Shown here piece after piece: positions 9,714 through 24,700 of a stretch of DNA of 64,000 bases. Every line of letters begins with the position of its first letter. Positions within the stretch are counted from its first letter, which is position 1. This stretch comes from the human T2T-CHM13v2.0 reference genome, Homo sapiens, in NCBI RefSeq assembly GCF_009914755.1, contig NC_060932.1; one strand, written 5' to 3'. The notes beneath the pieces were generated by a model, which saw only the letters and a list, made by a program, of their open reading frames with translations, did no database searches and had not been told where the DNA came from. The translations under genes were made by a program, and so were the position numbers.

Positions 9714-12700
9714 TAATCTCAGAAACATGTTTATGCTGTATCTACTCAACTAACTGTGCTGAACATTTCTATTGATAGAGCAGTTTTGAGACACTCTTCT
9801 TTTGGAATCTGCAAGTGGATATTTGGAGAGATTTGAGGATTTCGTTGGAAACGGGATTATATATAAAAAGTAGACAGCAGCATTCTCAGAAACTTCTTTG
9901 TGATGTTTGCATCCAGCTCTCAGAGTTGAACCTTCCCTTTCATAGAGTAGGTTTGAAACCCTCTTTTTATAGTGTCTGGAAGCGGGCATTTGGAGCGCTT
10001 TCAGACCTATGCTTAAAATAGGAAATATCTACCTACAGAAACTAGACAGAAGCATTCTGAGAATCTCGTTTGTGATGTGGGTACTCAACTAACAGTGTTG
10101 ATCCATTCTTTTGATACAGCAGTTTTGAACCACACTTTTTGTAGAATCTGCAAGAGGATATTTGGATAGCTGTGAGGATTTCGTTGGAAACGGGAATGTC
10201 TTCAAAGAAAATCTAGACAGAAACATTCTCAGAAACACCTTCGTGATGTTTGCAATCAAGTCACAGAGTTGAACCTTCCGTTTCATAGAGCAGGTTGGAA
10301 ACACTCTTATTGTAGTATCTGGAAGTGGACATTTGGAGCGCTTTCAGGCCTATGGTGAAAAAGGAAATATCTTCCCATAAAAGCGACATAGAAGCTATCT
10401 CAGGAACTTGTTTATGAGGCATCTAATCAACTAACAGTGTTGAACCTTTGTACTGACAGAGCAGTTTGAAACACTCTTTTTTTGGAATCTGCAAGTGGAT
10501 ATTTGGATCGCTTTGAGGATTTCGTTGGAAACGGGATGCAATATAAAACGTACACAGCAGCATACTCAGAAAATTCTTTGCCATATTTCCATTCAAGTCA
10601 CAGAGTGGAACATTCCCATTCATAGAGCAGGTTGGAAACACTCTTTTTGGAGTATCTGGAAGTGGACATTTGGAGCGCTTTCTGAACTATGGTGAAAAAG
10701 GAAATATCTTCCAATGAAAACAAGACAGAAGCATTCTGAGAAACTTATTTGTGATGTGTGTCCTCAACAAACGGACTTGAACCTTTCGTTTCATGCAGTA
10801 CTTCTGGAACACTCTTTTTGAAGATTCTGCATGCGGATATTTGGATAGCTTTGAGGATTTCGTTGGAAACGGGCTTACATGTAAAAATTAGACAGCAGCA
10901 TTCTCAGAAACTTCTTTGTGGTGTCTGCATTCAAGTCACAGAATTGAACATCCCCTCACATAGAGCAGTTGTGCAGCACTCTATTTGTAGTATCTGGAAG
11001 TGGACATTTGGAGGGCTTTGTAGCCTATGTGGAAAAAGGAAATATCTTCCCATGAATGCGAGATAGAAGTAATCTCAGAAACATGTTTATGCTGTATCTA
11101 CTCAACTAACTGTGCTGAACATTTCTATTGATAGAGCAGTTTTGAGACACTCTTCTTTTGGAATCTGCAAGTGGATATTTGGATAGATTTGAGGATTTCG
11201 TTGGAAACGGGATTATATATAAAAAGTAGACAGCAGCATTCTCAGAAACTTCTTTGTGATGTTTGCATCCAGCTCTCAGAGTTGAACATTCCCTTTCATA
11301 GAGTAGGTTTGAAACCCTCTTTTTATAGTGTCTGGAAGCGGGCATTTGGAGCGCTTTCAGGCCTATGCTGAAAAAGGAAATATCTACCTATAGAAACTAG
11401 ACAGAAGCATTCTGAGAATCACGTTTGTGATGTGGGTACTCAACTAACAGTGTTGATCCATTCTTTTGATACAGCAGTTTTGAACCACACTTTTTGTAGA
11501 ATCTGCAAGTGGATATTTGGATAGCTGTGAGGATTTCGTTGGAAACGGGAATGTCTTCATAGAAAATTTAGACAGAAGCATTCTCAGAACCTTGATTGTG
11601 ATGTGTGTTCTCCACTAACAGAGTTGAACCTTTCTTTTGACAGAACTGTTCTGAAACATTCTTTTTATAGAATCTGGAAGTGGATATTTGGAAAGCTTTG
11701 AGGATTTCGTTGGAAACGGGAATATCTTCAAATAAAATCTAGCCAGAAGCATTCTAAGAAACATCTTAGGGATGTTTACATTCAAGTCACAGAGTTGAAC
11801 ATTCCCTTTCACAGAGCAGGTTTGAAACAATCTTCTCGTACTATCTGGCAGTGGACATTTTGAGCTCCTTGGGGCCTATGCTGAAAAAGGAAATATCTTC
11901 CGACAAAAACTAGACAGAAGCATTCGCAGAATCACGTTTGTGATGTGTGCACTCAACTGTCAGAATTGAACCTTGGTTTGGACAGAGCACTTTTGAAACA
12001 CTCTTTTTGTAGAATCTGCAGGTGGATATTTGGCTAGCTTTGAGGATTTCGTTGGAAACGGTAATGTCTTCAAAGAAAATCTAGACAGAAGCATTCTCAG
12101 AAACACCTTCGTGATGTTTGCAATCAAGTCACAGAGTTGAACCTTCCGTTTCATAGAGCAGGTTGGAAACACTCTTTTTGTAGTATCTGGAAGTGGACAT
12201 TTGGAGGGCTTTGTAGCCTATGTGGAAAAAGGAAATATCTTCCCATGAATGCGAGATAGAAGTAATCTCAGAAACATGTTTATGCTGTATCTACTCAACT
12301 AACTGTGCTGAACATTTCTATTGATAGAGCAGTTTTGAGACACTCTTCTTTTGGAATCTGCAAGTGGATATTTGGAGAGATTTGAGGATTTCGTTGGAAA
12401 CGGGATTATATATAAAAAGTAGACAGCAGCATTCTCAGAAACTTCTTTGTGATGTTTGCATCCAGCTCTCAGAGTTGAACATTCCCTTTCATAGAGTAGG
12501 TTTGAAACCCTCTTTTTATAGTGTCTGGAAGCGGGCATTTGGAGCGCTTTCAGACCTATGCTTAAAATAGGAAATATCTACCTACAGAAACTAGACAGAA
12601 GCATTCTGAGAATCTCGTTTGTGATGTGGGTACTCAACTAACAGTGTTGATCCATTCGTTTGATACAGCAGTTTTGAACCACACTTTTTGTAGAATCTGC

Positions 12701-15700
12701 AAGAGGATATTTGGATAGCTGTGAGGATTTCGTTGGAAACGGGAATGTCTTCAAAGAAAATCTAGACAGAAACATTCTCAGAAACACCTTCGTGATGTTT
12801 GCAATCAAGTCACAGAGTTGAACCTTCCGTTTCATAGAGCAGGTTGGAAACACTCTTATTGTAGTATCTGGAAGTGGACATTTGGAGCGCTTTCAGGCCT
12901 ATGGTGAAAAAGGAAATATCTTCCCATAAAAACAACATAGAAGCTATCTCAGGAACTTGTTTATGAGGCATCTAATCAACTAACAGTGTTGAACCTTTGT
13001 ACTGACAGAGCAGTTTGAAACACTCTTTTTTTGGAATCTGCAAGTGGATATTTGGATCGCTTTGAGGATTTCGTTGGAAACGGGATGCAATATAAAACGT
13101 ACACAGCAGCATACTCAGAAAATTCTTTGCCATATTTCCATTCAAGTCACAGAGTGGAACATTCCCATTCATAGAGCAGGTTGGAAACACTCTTTTTGGA
13201 GTATCTGGAAGTGGACATTTGGAGCGCTTTCTGAACTATGGTGAAAAAGGAAATATCTTCCAATGAAAACAAGACAGAAGCATTCTGAGAAACTTATTTG
13301 TGATGTGTGTCCTCAACAAACGGACTTGAACCTTTCGTTTCATGCAGTACTTCTGGAACACTCTTTTTGAAGATTCTGCATGCGGATATTTGGATAGCTT
13401 TGAGGATTTCGTTGGAAACGGGCTTACATGTAAAAATTAGACAGCAGCATTCTCAGAAACTTCTTTGTGGTGTCTGCATTCAAGTCACAGAATTGAACAT
13501 CCCCTCACATAGAGCAGTTGTGCAGCACTCTATTTGTAGTATCTGGAAGTGGACATTTGGAGGGCTTTGTAGCCTATCTGGAAAAAGGAAATATCTTCCC
13601 ATGAATGCGAGATAGAAGTAATCTCAGAAACATGTTTATGCTGTATCTACTCAACTAACTGTGCTGAACATTTCTATTGATAGAGCAGTTTTGAGACACT
13701 CTTCTTTTGGAATCTGCAAGTGGATATTTGGATAGATTTGAGGATTTCGTTGGAAACGGGATTATATATAAAAAGTAGACAGCAGCATTCTCAGAAACTT
13801 CTTTGTGATGTTTGCATCCAGCTCTCAGAGTTGAACATTCCCTTTCATAGAGTAGGTTTGAAACCCTCTTTTTATAGTGTCTGGAAGCGGGCATTTGGAG
13901 CGCTTTCAGGCCTATGCTGAAAAAGGAAATATCTACCTATAGAAACTAGACAGAAGCATTCTGAGAATCACGTTTGTGATGTGGGTACTCAACTAACAGT
14001 GTTGATCCATTCTTTTGATACAGCAGTTTTGAACCACACTTTTTGTAGAATCTGCAAGTGGATATTTGGATAGCTGTGAGGATTTCGTTGGAAACGGGAA
14101 TGTCTTCATAGAAAATTTAGACAGAAGCATTCTCAGAACCTTGATTGTGATGTGTGTTCTCCACTAACAGAGTTGAACCTTTCTTTTGACAGAACTGTTC
14201 TGAAACATTCTTTTTATAGAATCTGGAAGTGGATATTTGGAAAGCTTTGAGGATTTCGTTGGAAACGGGAATATCTTCAAATCAAATCTAGCCAGAAGCA
14301 TTCTAAGAAACATCTTAGGGATGTTTACATTCAAGTCACAGAGTTGAACATTCCCTTTCACAGAGCAGGTTTGAAACAATCTTCTCGTACTATCTGGCAG
14401 TGGACATTTTGAGCTCCTTGGGGCCTATGCTGAAAAAGGAAATATCTTCCGACAAAAACTAGACAGAAGCATTCGCAGAATCACGTTTGTGATGTGTGCA
14501 CTCAACTGTCAGAATTGAACCTTGGTTTGGACAGAGCACTTTTGAAACACTCTTTTTGTAGAATCTGCAGGTGGATATTTGGCTAGCTTTGAGGATTTCG
14601 TTGGAAACGGTAATGTCTTCAAAGAAAATCTAGACAGAAGCATTCTCAGAAACACCTTCGTGATGTTTGCAATCAAGTCACAGAGTTGAACCTTCCGTTT
14701 CATAGAGCAGGTTGGAAACACTCTTTTTGTAGTATCTGGAAGTGGACATTTGGAGGGCTTTGTAGCCTATGTGGAAAAAGGAAATATCTTCCCATGAATG
14801 CGAGATAGAAGTAATCTCAGAAACATGTTTATGCTGTATCTACTCAACTAACTGTGCTGAACATTTCTATTGATAGAGCAGTTTTGAGACACTCTTCTTT
14901 TGGAATCTGCAAGTGGATATTTGGAGAGATTTGAGGATTTCGTTGGAAACGGGATTATATATAAAAAGTAGACAGCAGCATTCTCAGAAACTTCTTTGTG
15001 ATGTTTGCATCCAGCTCTCAGAGTTGAACATTCCCTTTCATAGAGTAGGTTTGAAACCCTCTTTTTATAGTGTCTGGAAGCGGGCATTTGGAGCGCTTTC
15101 AGACCTATGCTTAAAATAGGAAATATCTACCTACAGAAACTAGACAGAAGCATTCTGAGAATCTCGTTTGTGATGTGGGTACTCAACTAACAGTGTTGAT
15201 CCATTCCTTTGATACAGCAGTTTTGAACCACACTTTTTGTAGAATCTGCAAGAGGATATTTGGATAGCTGTGAGGATTTCGTTGGAAACGGGAATGTCTT
15301 CAAAGAAAATCTAGACAGAAACATTCTCAGAAACACCTTCGTGATGTTTGCAATCAAGTCACAGAGTTGAACCTTCCGTTTCATAGAGCAGGTTGGAAAC
15401 ACTCTTATTGTAGTATCTGGAAGTGGACATTTGGAGCGCTTTCAGGCCTATGGTGAAAAAGGAAATATCTTCCCATAAAAACGACATAGAAGCTATCTCA
15501 GGAACTTGTTTATGAGGCATCTAATCAACTAACAGTGTTGAACCTTTGTACTGACAGAGCAGTTTGAAACACTCTTTTTTTGGAATCTGCAAGTGGATAT
15601 TTGGATCGCTTTGAGGATTTCGTTGGAAACGGGATGCAATATAAAACGTACACAGCAGCATACTCAGAAAATTCTTTGCCATATTTCCATTCAAGTCACA

Positions 15701-18700
15701 GAGTGGAACATTCCCATTCATAGAGCAGGTTGGAAACACTCTTTTTGGAGTATCTGGAAGTGGACATTTGGAGCGCTTTCTGAACTATGGTGAAAAAGGA
15801 AATATCTTCCAATGAAAACAAGACAGAAGCATTCTGAGAAACTTATTTGTGATGTGTGTCCTCAACAAACGGACTTGAACCTTTCGTTTCATGCAGTACT
15901 TCTGGAACACTCTTTTTGAAGATTCTGCATGCGGATATTTGGATAGCTTTGAGGATTTCGTTGGAAACGGGCTTACATGTAAAAATTAGACAGCAGCATT
16001 CTCAGAAACTTCTTTGTGGTGTCTGCATTCAAGTCACAGAATTGAACATCCCCTCACATAGAGCAGTTGTGCAGCACTCTATTTGTAGTATCTGGAAGTG
16101 GACATTTGGAGGGCTTTGTAGCCTATCTGGAAAAAGGAAATATCTTCCCATGAATGCGAGATAGAAGTAATCTCAGAAACATGTTTATGCTGTATCTACT
16201 CAACTAACTGTGCTGAACATTTCTATTGATAGAGCAGTTTTGAGACACTCTTCTTTTGGAATCTGCAAGTGGATATTTGGATAGATTTGAGGATTTCGTT
16301 GGAAACGGGATTATATATCAAAAGTAGACAGCAGCATTCTCAGAAACTTCTTTGTGATGTTTGCATCCAGCTCTCAGAGTTGAACATTCCCTTTCATAGA
16401 GTAGGTTTGAAACCCTCTTTTTATAGTGTCTGGAAGCGGGCATTTGGAGCGCTTTCAGGCCTATGCTGAAAAAGGAAATATCTACCTATAGAAACTAGAC
16501 AGAAGCATTCTGAGAATCACGTTTGTGATGTGGGTACTCAACTAACAGTGTTGATCCATTCTTTTGATACAGCAGTTTTGAACCACACTTTTTGTAGAAT
16601 CTGCAAGTGGATATTTGGATAGCTGTGAGGATTTCGTTGGAAACGGGAATGTCTTCATAGAAAATTTAGACAGAAGCATTCTCAGAACCTTGATTGTGAT
16701 GTGTGTTCTCCACTAACAGAGTTGAACCTTTCTTTTGACAGAACTGTTCTGAAACATTCTTTTTATAGAATCTGGAAGTGGATATTTGGAAAGCTTTGAG
16801 GATTTCGTTGGAAACGGGAATATCTTCAAATAAAATCTAGCCAGAAGCATTCTAAGAAACATCTTAGGGATGTTTACATTCAAGTCACAGAGTTGAACAT
16901 TCCCTTTCACAGAGCAGGTTTGAAACAATCTTCTCGTACTATCTGGCAGTGGACATTTTGAGCTCCTTGGGGCCTATGCTGAAAAAGGAAATATCTTCCG
17001 ACAAAAACTAGACAGAAGCATTCGCAGAATCACGTTTGTGATGTGTGCACTCAACTGTCAGAATTGAACCTTGGTTTGGACAGAGCACTTTTGAAACACT
17101 CTTTTTGTAGAATCTGCAGGTGGATATTTGGCTAGCTTTGAGGATTTCGTTGGAAACGGTAATGTCTTCAAAGAAAATCTAGACAGAAGCATTCTCAGAA
17201 ACACCTTCGTGATGTTTGCAATCAAGTCACAGAGTTGAACCTTCCGTTTCATAGAGCAGGTTGGAAACACTCTTTTTGTAGTATCTGGAAGTGGACATTT
17301 GGAGGGCTTTGTAGCCTATCTGGAAAAAGGAAATATCTTCCCATGAATGCGAGATAGAAGTAATCTCAGAAACATGTTTATGCTGTATCTACTCAACTAA
17401 CTGTGCTGAACATTTCTATTGATAGAGCAGTTTTGAGACACTCTTCTTTTGGAATCTGCAAGTGGATATTTGGAGAGATTTGAGGATTTCGTTGGAAACG
17501 GGATTATATATAAAAAGTAGACAGCAGCATTCTCAGAAACTTCTTTGTGATGTTTGCATCCAGCTCTCAGAGTTGAACATTCCCTTTCATAGAGTAGGTT
17601 TGAAACCCTCTTTTTATAGTGTCTGGAAGCGGGCATTTGGAGCGCTTTCAGGCCTATGCTTAAAATAGGAAATATCTACCTACAGAAACTAGACAGAAGC
17701 ATTCTGAGAATCACGTTTGTGATGTGGGTACTCAACTAACAGTGTTGATCCATTCTTTTGATACAGCAGTTTTGAACCACACTTTTTGTAGAATCTGCAA
17801 GAGGATATTTGGATAGCTGTGAGGATTTCGTTGGAAACGGGAATGTCTTCAAAGAAAATCTAGACAGAAGCATTCTCAGAAACACCTTCGTGATGTTTGC
17901 AATCAAGTCACAGAGTTGAACCTTCCGTTTCATAGAGCAGGTTGGAAACACTCTTATTGTAGTATCTGGAAGTGGACATTTGGAGCGCTTTCAGGCCTAT
18001 GGTGAAAAAGGAAATATCTTCCCATAAAAACGACATAGAAGCTATCTCAGGAACTTGTTTATGATGCATCTAATCAACTAACAGTGTTGAACCTTTGTAC
18101 TAACAGAGCAGTTTGAAACACTCTTTTTTTGGAATCTGCAAGTGGATATTTGGATCGCTTTGAGGATTTCGTTGGAAACGGGATGCAATATAAAACGTAC
18201 ACAGCAGCATACTCAGAAAATACTTTGCCATATTTCCATTCAAGTCACAGAGTGGAACATTCCCATTCATAGAGCAGGTTGGAAACACTCTTTTTGGAGT
18301 ATCTGGAAGTGGACATTTGGAGCGCTTTCTGAACTATGGTGAAAAAGGAAATATCTTAAAATGAAAACAAGACAGAAGCATTCTGAGAAACTTATTTGTG
18401 ATGTGTGTCCTCAACAAACGGACTTGAACCTTTCGTTTCATGCAGTACTTCTGGAACACTCTTTTTGAAGATTCTGCATGCGGATATTTGGATAGCTTTG
18501 AGGATTTCGTTGGAAACGGGCTTACATGTAAAAATTAGACAGCAGCATTCTCAGAAACTTCTTTGTGGTGTCTGCATTCAAGTCACAGAATTGAACTTCC
18601 CCTCACATAGAGCAGTTGTGCAGCACTCTATTTGTAGTATCTGGAAGTGGACATTTGGAGGGCTTTGTAGCCTATCTGGAAAAAGGAAATATCTTCCCAT

Positions 18701-21700
18701 GAATGCGAGATAGAAGTAATCTCAGAAACATGTTTATGCTGTATCTACTCAACTAACTGTGCTGAACATTTCTATTGATAGAGCAGTTTTGAGACACTCT
18801 TCTTTTGGAATCTGCAAGTGGATATTTGGATAGATTTGAGGATTTCGTTGGAAACGGGATTATATATAAAAAGTAGACAGCAGCATTCTCAGAAACTTCT
18901 TTGTGATGTTTGCATCCAGCTCTCAGAGTTGAACATTCCCTTTCATAGAGTAGGTTTGAAACCCTCTTTTTATAGTGTCTGGAAGCGGGCATTTGGAGCG
19001 CTTTCAGGCCTATGCTTAAAATAGGAAATATCTACCTACAGAAACTAGACAGAAGCATTCTGAGAATCTCGTTTGTGATGTGGGTACTCAACTAACAGTG
19101 TTGATCCATTCTTTTGATACAGCAGTTTTGAACCACACTTTTTGTAGAATCTGCAAGAGGATATTTGGATAGCTGTGAGGATTTCGTTGGAAACGGGAAT
19201 GTCTTCAAAGAAAATCTAGACAGAAACATTCTCAGAAACACCTTCGTGATGTTTGCAATCAAGTCACAGAGTTGAACCTTCCGTTTCATAGAGCAGGTTG
19301 GAAACACTCTTATTGTAGTATCTGGAAGTGGACATTTGGAGCGCTTTCAGGCCTATGGTGAAAAAGGAAATATCTTCCCATAAAAACGACATAGAAGCTA
19401 TCTCAGGAACTTGTTTATGAGGCATCTAATCAACTAACAGTGTTGAACCTTTGTACTGACAGAGCAGTTTGAAACACTCTTTTTTTGGAATCTGCAAGTG
19501 GATATTTGGATCGCTTTGAGGATTTCGTTGGAAACGGGATGCAATATAAAACGTACACAGCAGCATACTCAGAAAATACTTTGCCATATTTCCATTCAAG
19601 TCACAGAGTGGAACATTCCCATTCATAGAGCAGGTTGGAAACACTCTTTTTGGAGTATCTGGAAGTGGACATTTGGAGCGCTTTCTGAACTATGGTGAAA
19701 AAGGAAATATCTTCCAATGAAAACAAGACAGAAGCATTCTGAGAAACTTATTTGTGATGTGTGTCCTCAACAAACGGACTTGAACCTTTCGTTTCATGCA
19801 GTACTTCTGGAACACTCTTTTTGAAGATTCTGCATGCGGATATTTGGATAGCTTTGAGGATTTCGTTGGAAACGGGCTTACATGTAAAAATTAGACAGCA
19901 GCATTCTCAGAAACTTCTTTGTGGTGTCTGCATTCAAGTCACAGAATTGAACATCCCCTCACATAGAGCAGTTGTGCAGCACTCTATTTGTAGTATCTGG
20001 AAGTGGACATTTGGAGGGCTTTGTAGCCTATGTGGAAAAAGGAAATATCTTCCCATGAATGCGAGATAGAAGTAATCTCAGAAACATGTTTATGCTGTAT
20101 CTACTCAACTAACTGTGCTGAACATTTCTATTGATAGAGCAGTTTTGAGACACTCTTCTTTTGGAATCTGCAAGTGGATATTTGGATAGATTTGAGGATT
20201 TCGTTGGAAACGGGATTATATATAAAAAGTAGACAGCAGCATTCTCAGAAACTTCTTTGTGATGTTTGCATCCAGCTCTCAGAGTTGAACATTCCCTTTC
20301 ATAGAGTAGGTTTGAAACCCTCTTTTTATAGTGTCTGGAAGCGGGCATTTGGAGCGCTTTCAGGCCTATGCTGAAAAAGGAAATATCTACCTATAGAAAC
20401 TAGACAGAAGCATTCTGAGAATCACGTTTGTGATGTGGGTACTCAACTAACAGTGTTGATCCATTCTTTTGATACAGCAGTTTTGAACCACACTTTTTGT
20501 AGAATCTGCAAGTGGATATTTGGATAGCTGTGAGGATTTCGTTGGAAACGGGAATGTCTTCATAGAAAATTTAGACAGAAGCATTCTCAGAACCTTGATT
20601 GTGATGTGTGTTCTCCACTAACAGAGTTGAACCTTTCTTTTGACAGAACTGTTCTGAAACATTCTTTTTATAGAATCTGGAAGTGGATATTTGGAAAGCT
20701 TTGAGGATTTCGTTGGAAACGGGAATATCTTCAAATAAAATCTAGCCAGAAGCATTCTAAGAAACATCTTAGGGATGTTTACATTCAAGTCACAGAGTTG
20801 AACATTCCCTTTCACAGAGCAGGTTTGAAACAATCTTCTCGTACTATCTGGCAGTGGACATTTTGAGCTCCTTGGGGCCTATGCTGAAAAAGGAAATATC
20901 TTCCGACAAAAACTAGACAGAAGCATTCGCAGAATCACGTTTGTGATGTGTGCACTCAACTGTCAGAATTGAACCTTGGTTTGGACAGAGCACTTTTGAA
21001 ACACTCTTTTTGTAGAATCTGCAGGTGGATATTTGGCTAGCTTTGAGGATTTCGTTGGAAACGGTAATGTCTTCAAAGAAAATCTAGACAGAAGCATTCT
21101 CAGAAACACCTTCGTGATGTTTGCAATCAAGTCACAGAGTTGAACCTTCCGTTTCATAGAGCAGGTTGGAAACACTCTTTTTGTAGTATCTGGAAGTGGA
21201 CATTTGGAGGGCTTTGTAGCCTATGTGGAAAAAGGAAATATCTTCCCATGAATGCGAGATAGAAGTAATCTCAGAAACATGTTTATGCTGTATCTACTCA
21301 ACTAACTGTGCTGAACATTTCTATTGATAGAGCAGTTTTGAGACACTCTTCTTTTGGAATCTGCAAGTGGATATTTGGATAGATTTGAGGATTTCGTTGG
21401 AAACGGGATTATATATAAAAAGTAGACACCAGCATTCTCAGAAACTTCTTTGTGATGTTTGCATCCAGCTCTCAGAGTTGAACATTCCCTTTCATAGAGT
21501 AGGTTTGAAACCCTCTTTTTATAGTGTCTGGAAGCGGGCATTTGGAGCGCTTTCAGACCTATGCTTAAAATAGGAAATATCTACCTACAGAAACTAGACA
21601 GAAGCATTCTGAGAATCTCGTTTGTGATGTGGGTACTCAACTAACAGTGTTGATCCATTCTTTTGATACAGCAGTTTTGAACCACACTTTTTGTAGAATC

Positions 21701-24700
21701 TGCAAGAGGATATTTGGATAGCTGTGAGGATTTCGTTGGAAACGGGAATGTCTTCAAAGAAAATCTAGACAGAAACATTCTCAGAAACACCTTCGTGATG
21801 TTTACAATCAAGTCACAGAGTTGAACCTTCCGTTTCATAGAGCAGGTTGGAAACACTCTTATTGTAGTATCTGGAAGTGGACATTTGGAGCGCTTTCAGG
21901 CCTATGGTGAAAAAGGAAATATCTTCCCATAAAAACAACATAGAAGCTATCTCAGGAACTTGTTTATGAGGCATCTAATCAACTAACAGTGTTGAACCTT
22001 TGTACTGACAGAGCAGTTTGAAACACTCTTTTTTTGGAATCTGCAAGTGGATATTTGGATCGCTTTGAGGATTTCGTTGGAAACGGGATGCAATATAAAA
22101 CGTACACAGCAGCATACTCAGAAAATTCTTTGCCATATTTCCATTCAAGTCACAGAGTGGAACATTCCCATTCATAGAGCAGGTTGGAAACACTCTTTTT
22201 GGAGTATCTGGAAGTGGACATTTGGAGCGCTTTCTGAACTATGGTGAAAAAGGAAATATCTTCCAATGAAAACAAGACAGAAGCATTCTGAGAAACTTAT
22301 TTGTGATGTGTGTCCTCAACAAACGGACTTGAACCTTTCGTTTCATGCAGTACTTCTGGAACACTCTTTTTGAAGATTCTGCATGCGGATATTTGGATAG
22401 CTTTGAGGATTTCGTTGGAAACGGGCTTACATGTAAAAATTAGACAGCAGCATTCTCAGAAACTTCTTTGTGGTGTCTGCATTCAAGTCACAGAATTGAA
22501 CATCCCCTCACATAGAGCAGTTGTGCAGCACTCTATTTGTAGTATCTGGAAGTGGACATTTGGAGGGCTTTGTAGCCTATGTGGAAAAAGGAAATATCTT
22601 CCCATGAATGCGAGATAGAAGTAATCTCAGAAACATGTTTATGCTGTATCTACTCAACTAACTGTGCTGAACATTTCTATTGATAGAGCAGTTTTGAGAC
22701 ACTCTTCTTTTGGAATCTGCAAGTGGATATTTGGATAGATTTGAGGATTTCGTTGGAAACGGGATTATATATAAAAAGTAGACAGCAGCATTCTCAGAAA
22801 CTTCTTTGTGATGTTTGCATCCAGCTCTCAGAGTTGAACATTCCCTTTCATAGAGTAGGTTTGAAACCCTCTTTTTATAGTGTCTGGAAGCGGGCATTTG
22901 GAGCGCTTTCAGGCCTATGCTGAAAAAGGAAATATCTACCTATAGAAACTAGACAGAAGCATTCTGAGAATCACGTTTGTGATGTGGGTACTCAACTAAC
23001 AGTGTTGATCCATTCTTTTGATACAGCAGTTTTGAACCACACTTTTTGTAGAATCTGCAAGTGGATATTTGGATAGCTGTGAGGATTTCGTTGGAAACGG
23101 GAATGTCTTCATAGAAAATTTAGACAGAAGCATTCTCAGAACCTTGATTGTGATGTGTGTTCTCCACTAACAGAGTTGAACCTTTCTTTTGACAGAACTG
23201 TTCTGAAACATTCTTTTTATAGAATCTGGAAGTGGATATTTGGAAAGCTTTGAGGATTTCGTTGGAAACGGGAATATCTTCAAATCAAATCTAGCCAGAA
23301 GCATTCTAAGAAACATCTTAGGGATGTTTACATTCAAGTCACAGAGTTGAACATTCCCTTTCACAGAGCAGGTTTGAAACAATCTTCTCGTACTATCTGG
23401 CAGTGGACATTTTGAGCTCCTTGGGGCCTATGCTGAAAAAGGAAATATCTTCCGACAAAAACTAGACAGAAGCATTCGCAGAATCACGTTTGTGATGTGT
23501 GCACTCAACTGTCAGAATTGAACCTTGGTTTGGACAGAGCACTTTTGAAACACTCTTTTTGTAGAATCTGCAGGTGGATATTTGGCTAGCTTTGAGGATT
23601 TCGTTGGAAACGGTAATGTCTTCAAAGAAAATCTAGACAGAAGCATTCTCAGAAACACCTTCGTGATGTTTGCAATCAAGTCACAGAGTTGAACCTTCCG
23701 TTTCATAGAGCAGGTTGGAAACACTCTTTTTGTAGTATCTGGAAGTGGACATTTGGAGGGCTTTGTAGCCTATGTGGAAAAAGGAAATATCTTCCCATGA
23801 ATGCGAGATAGAAGTAATCTCAGAAACATGTTTATGCTGTATCTACTCAACTAACTGTGCTGAACATTTCTATTGATAGAGCAGTTTTGAGACACTCTTC
23901 TTTTGGAATCTGCAAGTGGATATTTGGAGAGATTTGAGGATTTCGTTGGAAACGGGATTATATATCAAAAGTAGACAGCAGCATTCTCAGAAACTTCTTT
24001 GTGATGTTTGCATCCAGCTCTCAGAGTTGAACATTCCCTTTCATAGAGTAGGTTTGAAACCCTCTTTTTATAGTGTCTGGAAGCGGGCATTTGGAGCGCT
24101 TTCAGGCCTATGCTTAAAATAGGAAATATCTACCTACAGAAACTAGACAGAAGCATTCTGAGAATCTCGTTTGTGATGTGGGTACTCAACTAACAGTGTT
24201 GATCCATTCTTTTGATACAGCAGTTTTGAACCACACTTTTTGTAGAATCTGCAAGAGGATATTTGGATAGCTGTGAGGATTTCGTTGGAAACGGGAATGT
24301 CTTCAAAGAAAATCTAGACAGAAACATTCTCAGAAACACCTTCGTGATGTTTGCAATCAAGTCACAGAGTTGAACCTTCCGTTTCATAGAGCAGGTTGGA
24401 AACACTCTTATTGTAGTATCTGGAAGTGGACATTTGGAGCGCTTTCAGGCCTATGGTGAAAAAGGAAATATCTTCCCATAAAAACGACATAGAAGCTATC
24501 TCAGGAACTTGTTTATGAGGCATCTAATCAACTAACAGTGTTGAACCTTTGTACTGACAGAGCAGTTTGAAACACTCTTTTTTTGGAATCTGCAAGTGGA
24601 TATTTGGATCGCTTTGAGGATTTCGTTGGAAACGGGATGCAATATAAAACGTACACAGCAGCATACTCAGAAAATTCTTTGCCATATTTCCATTCAAGTC

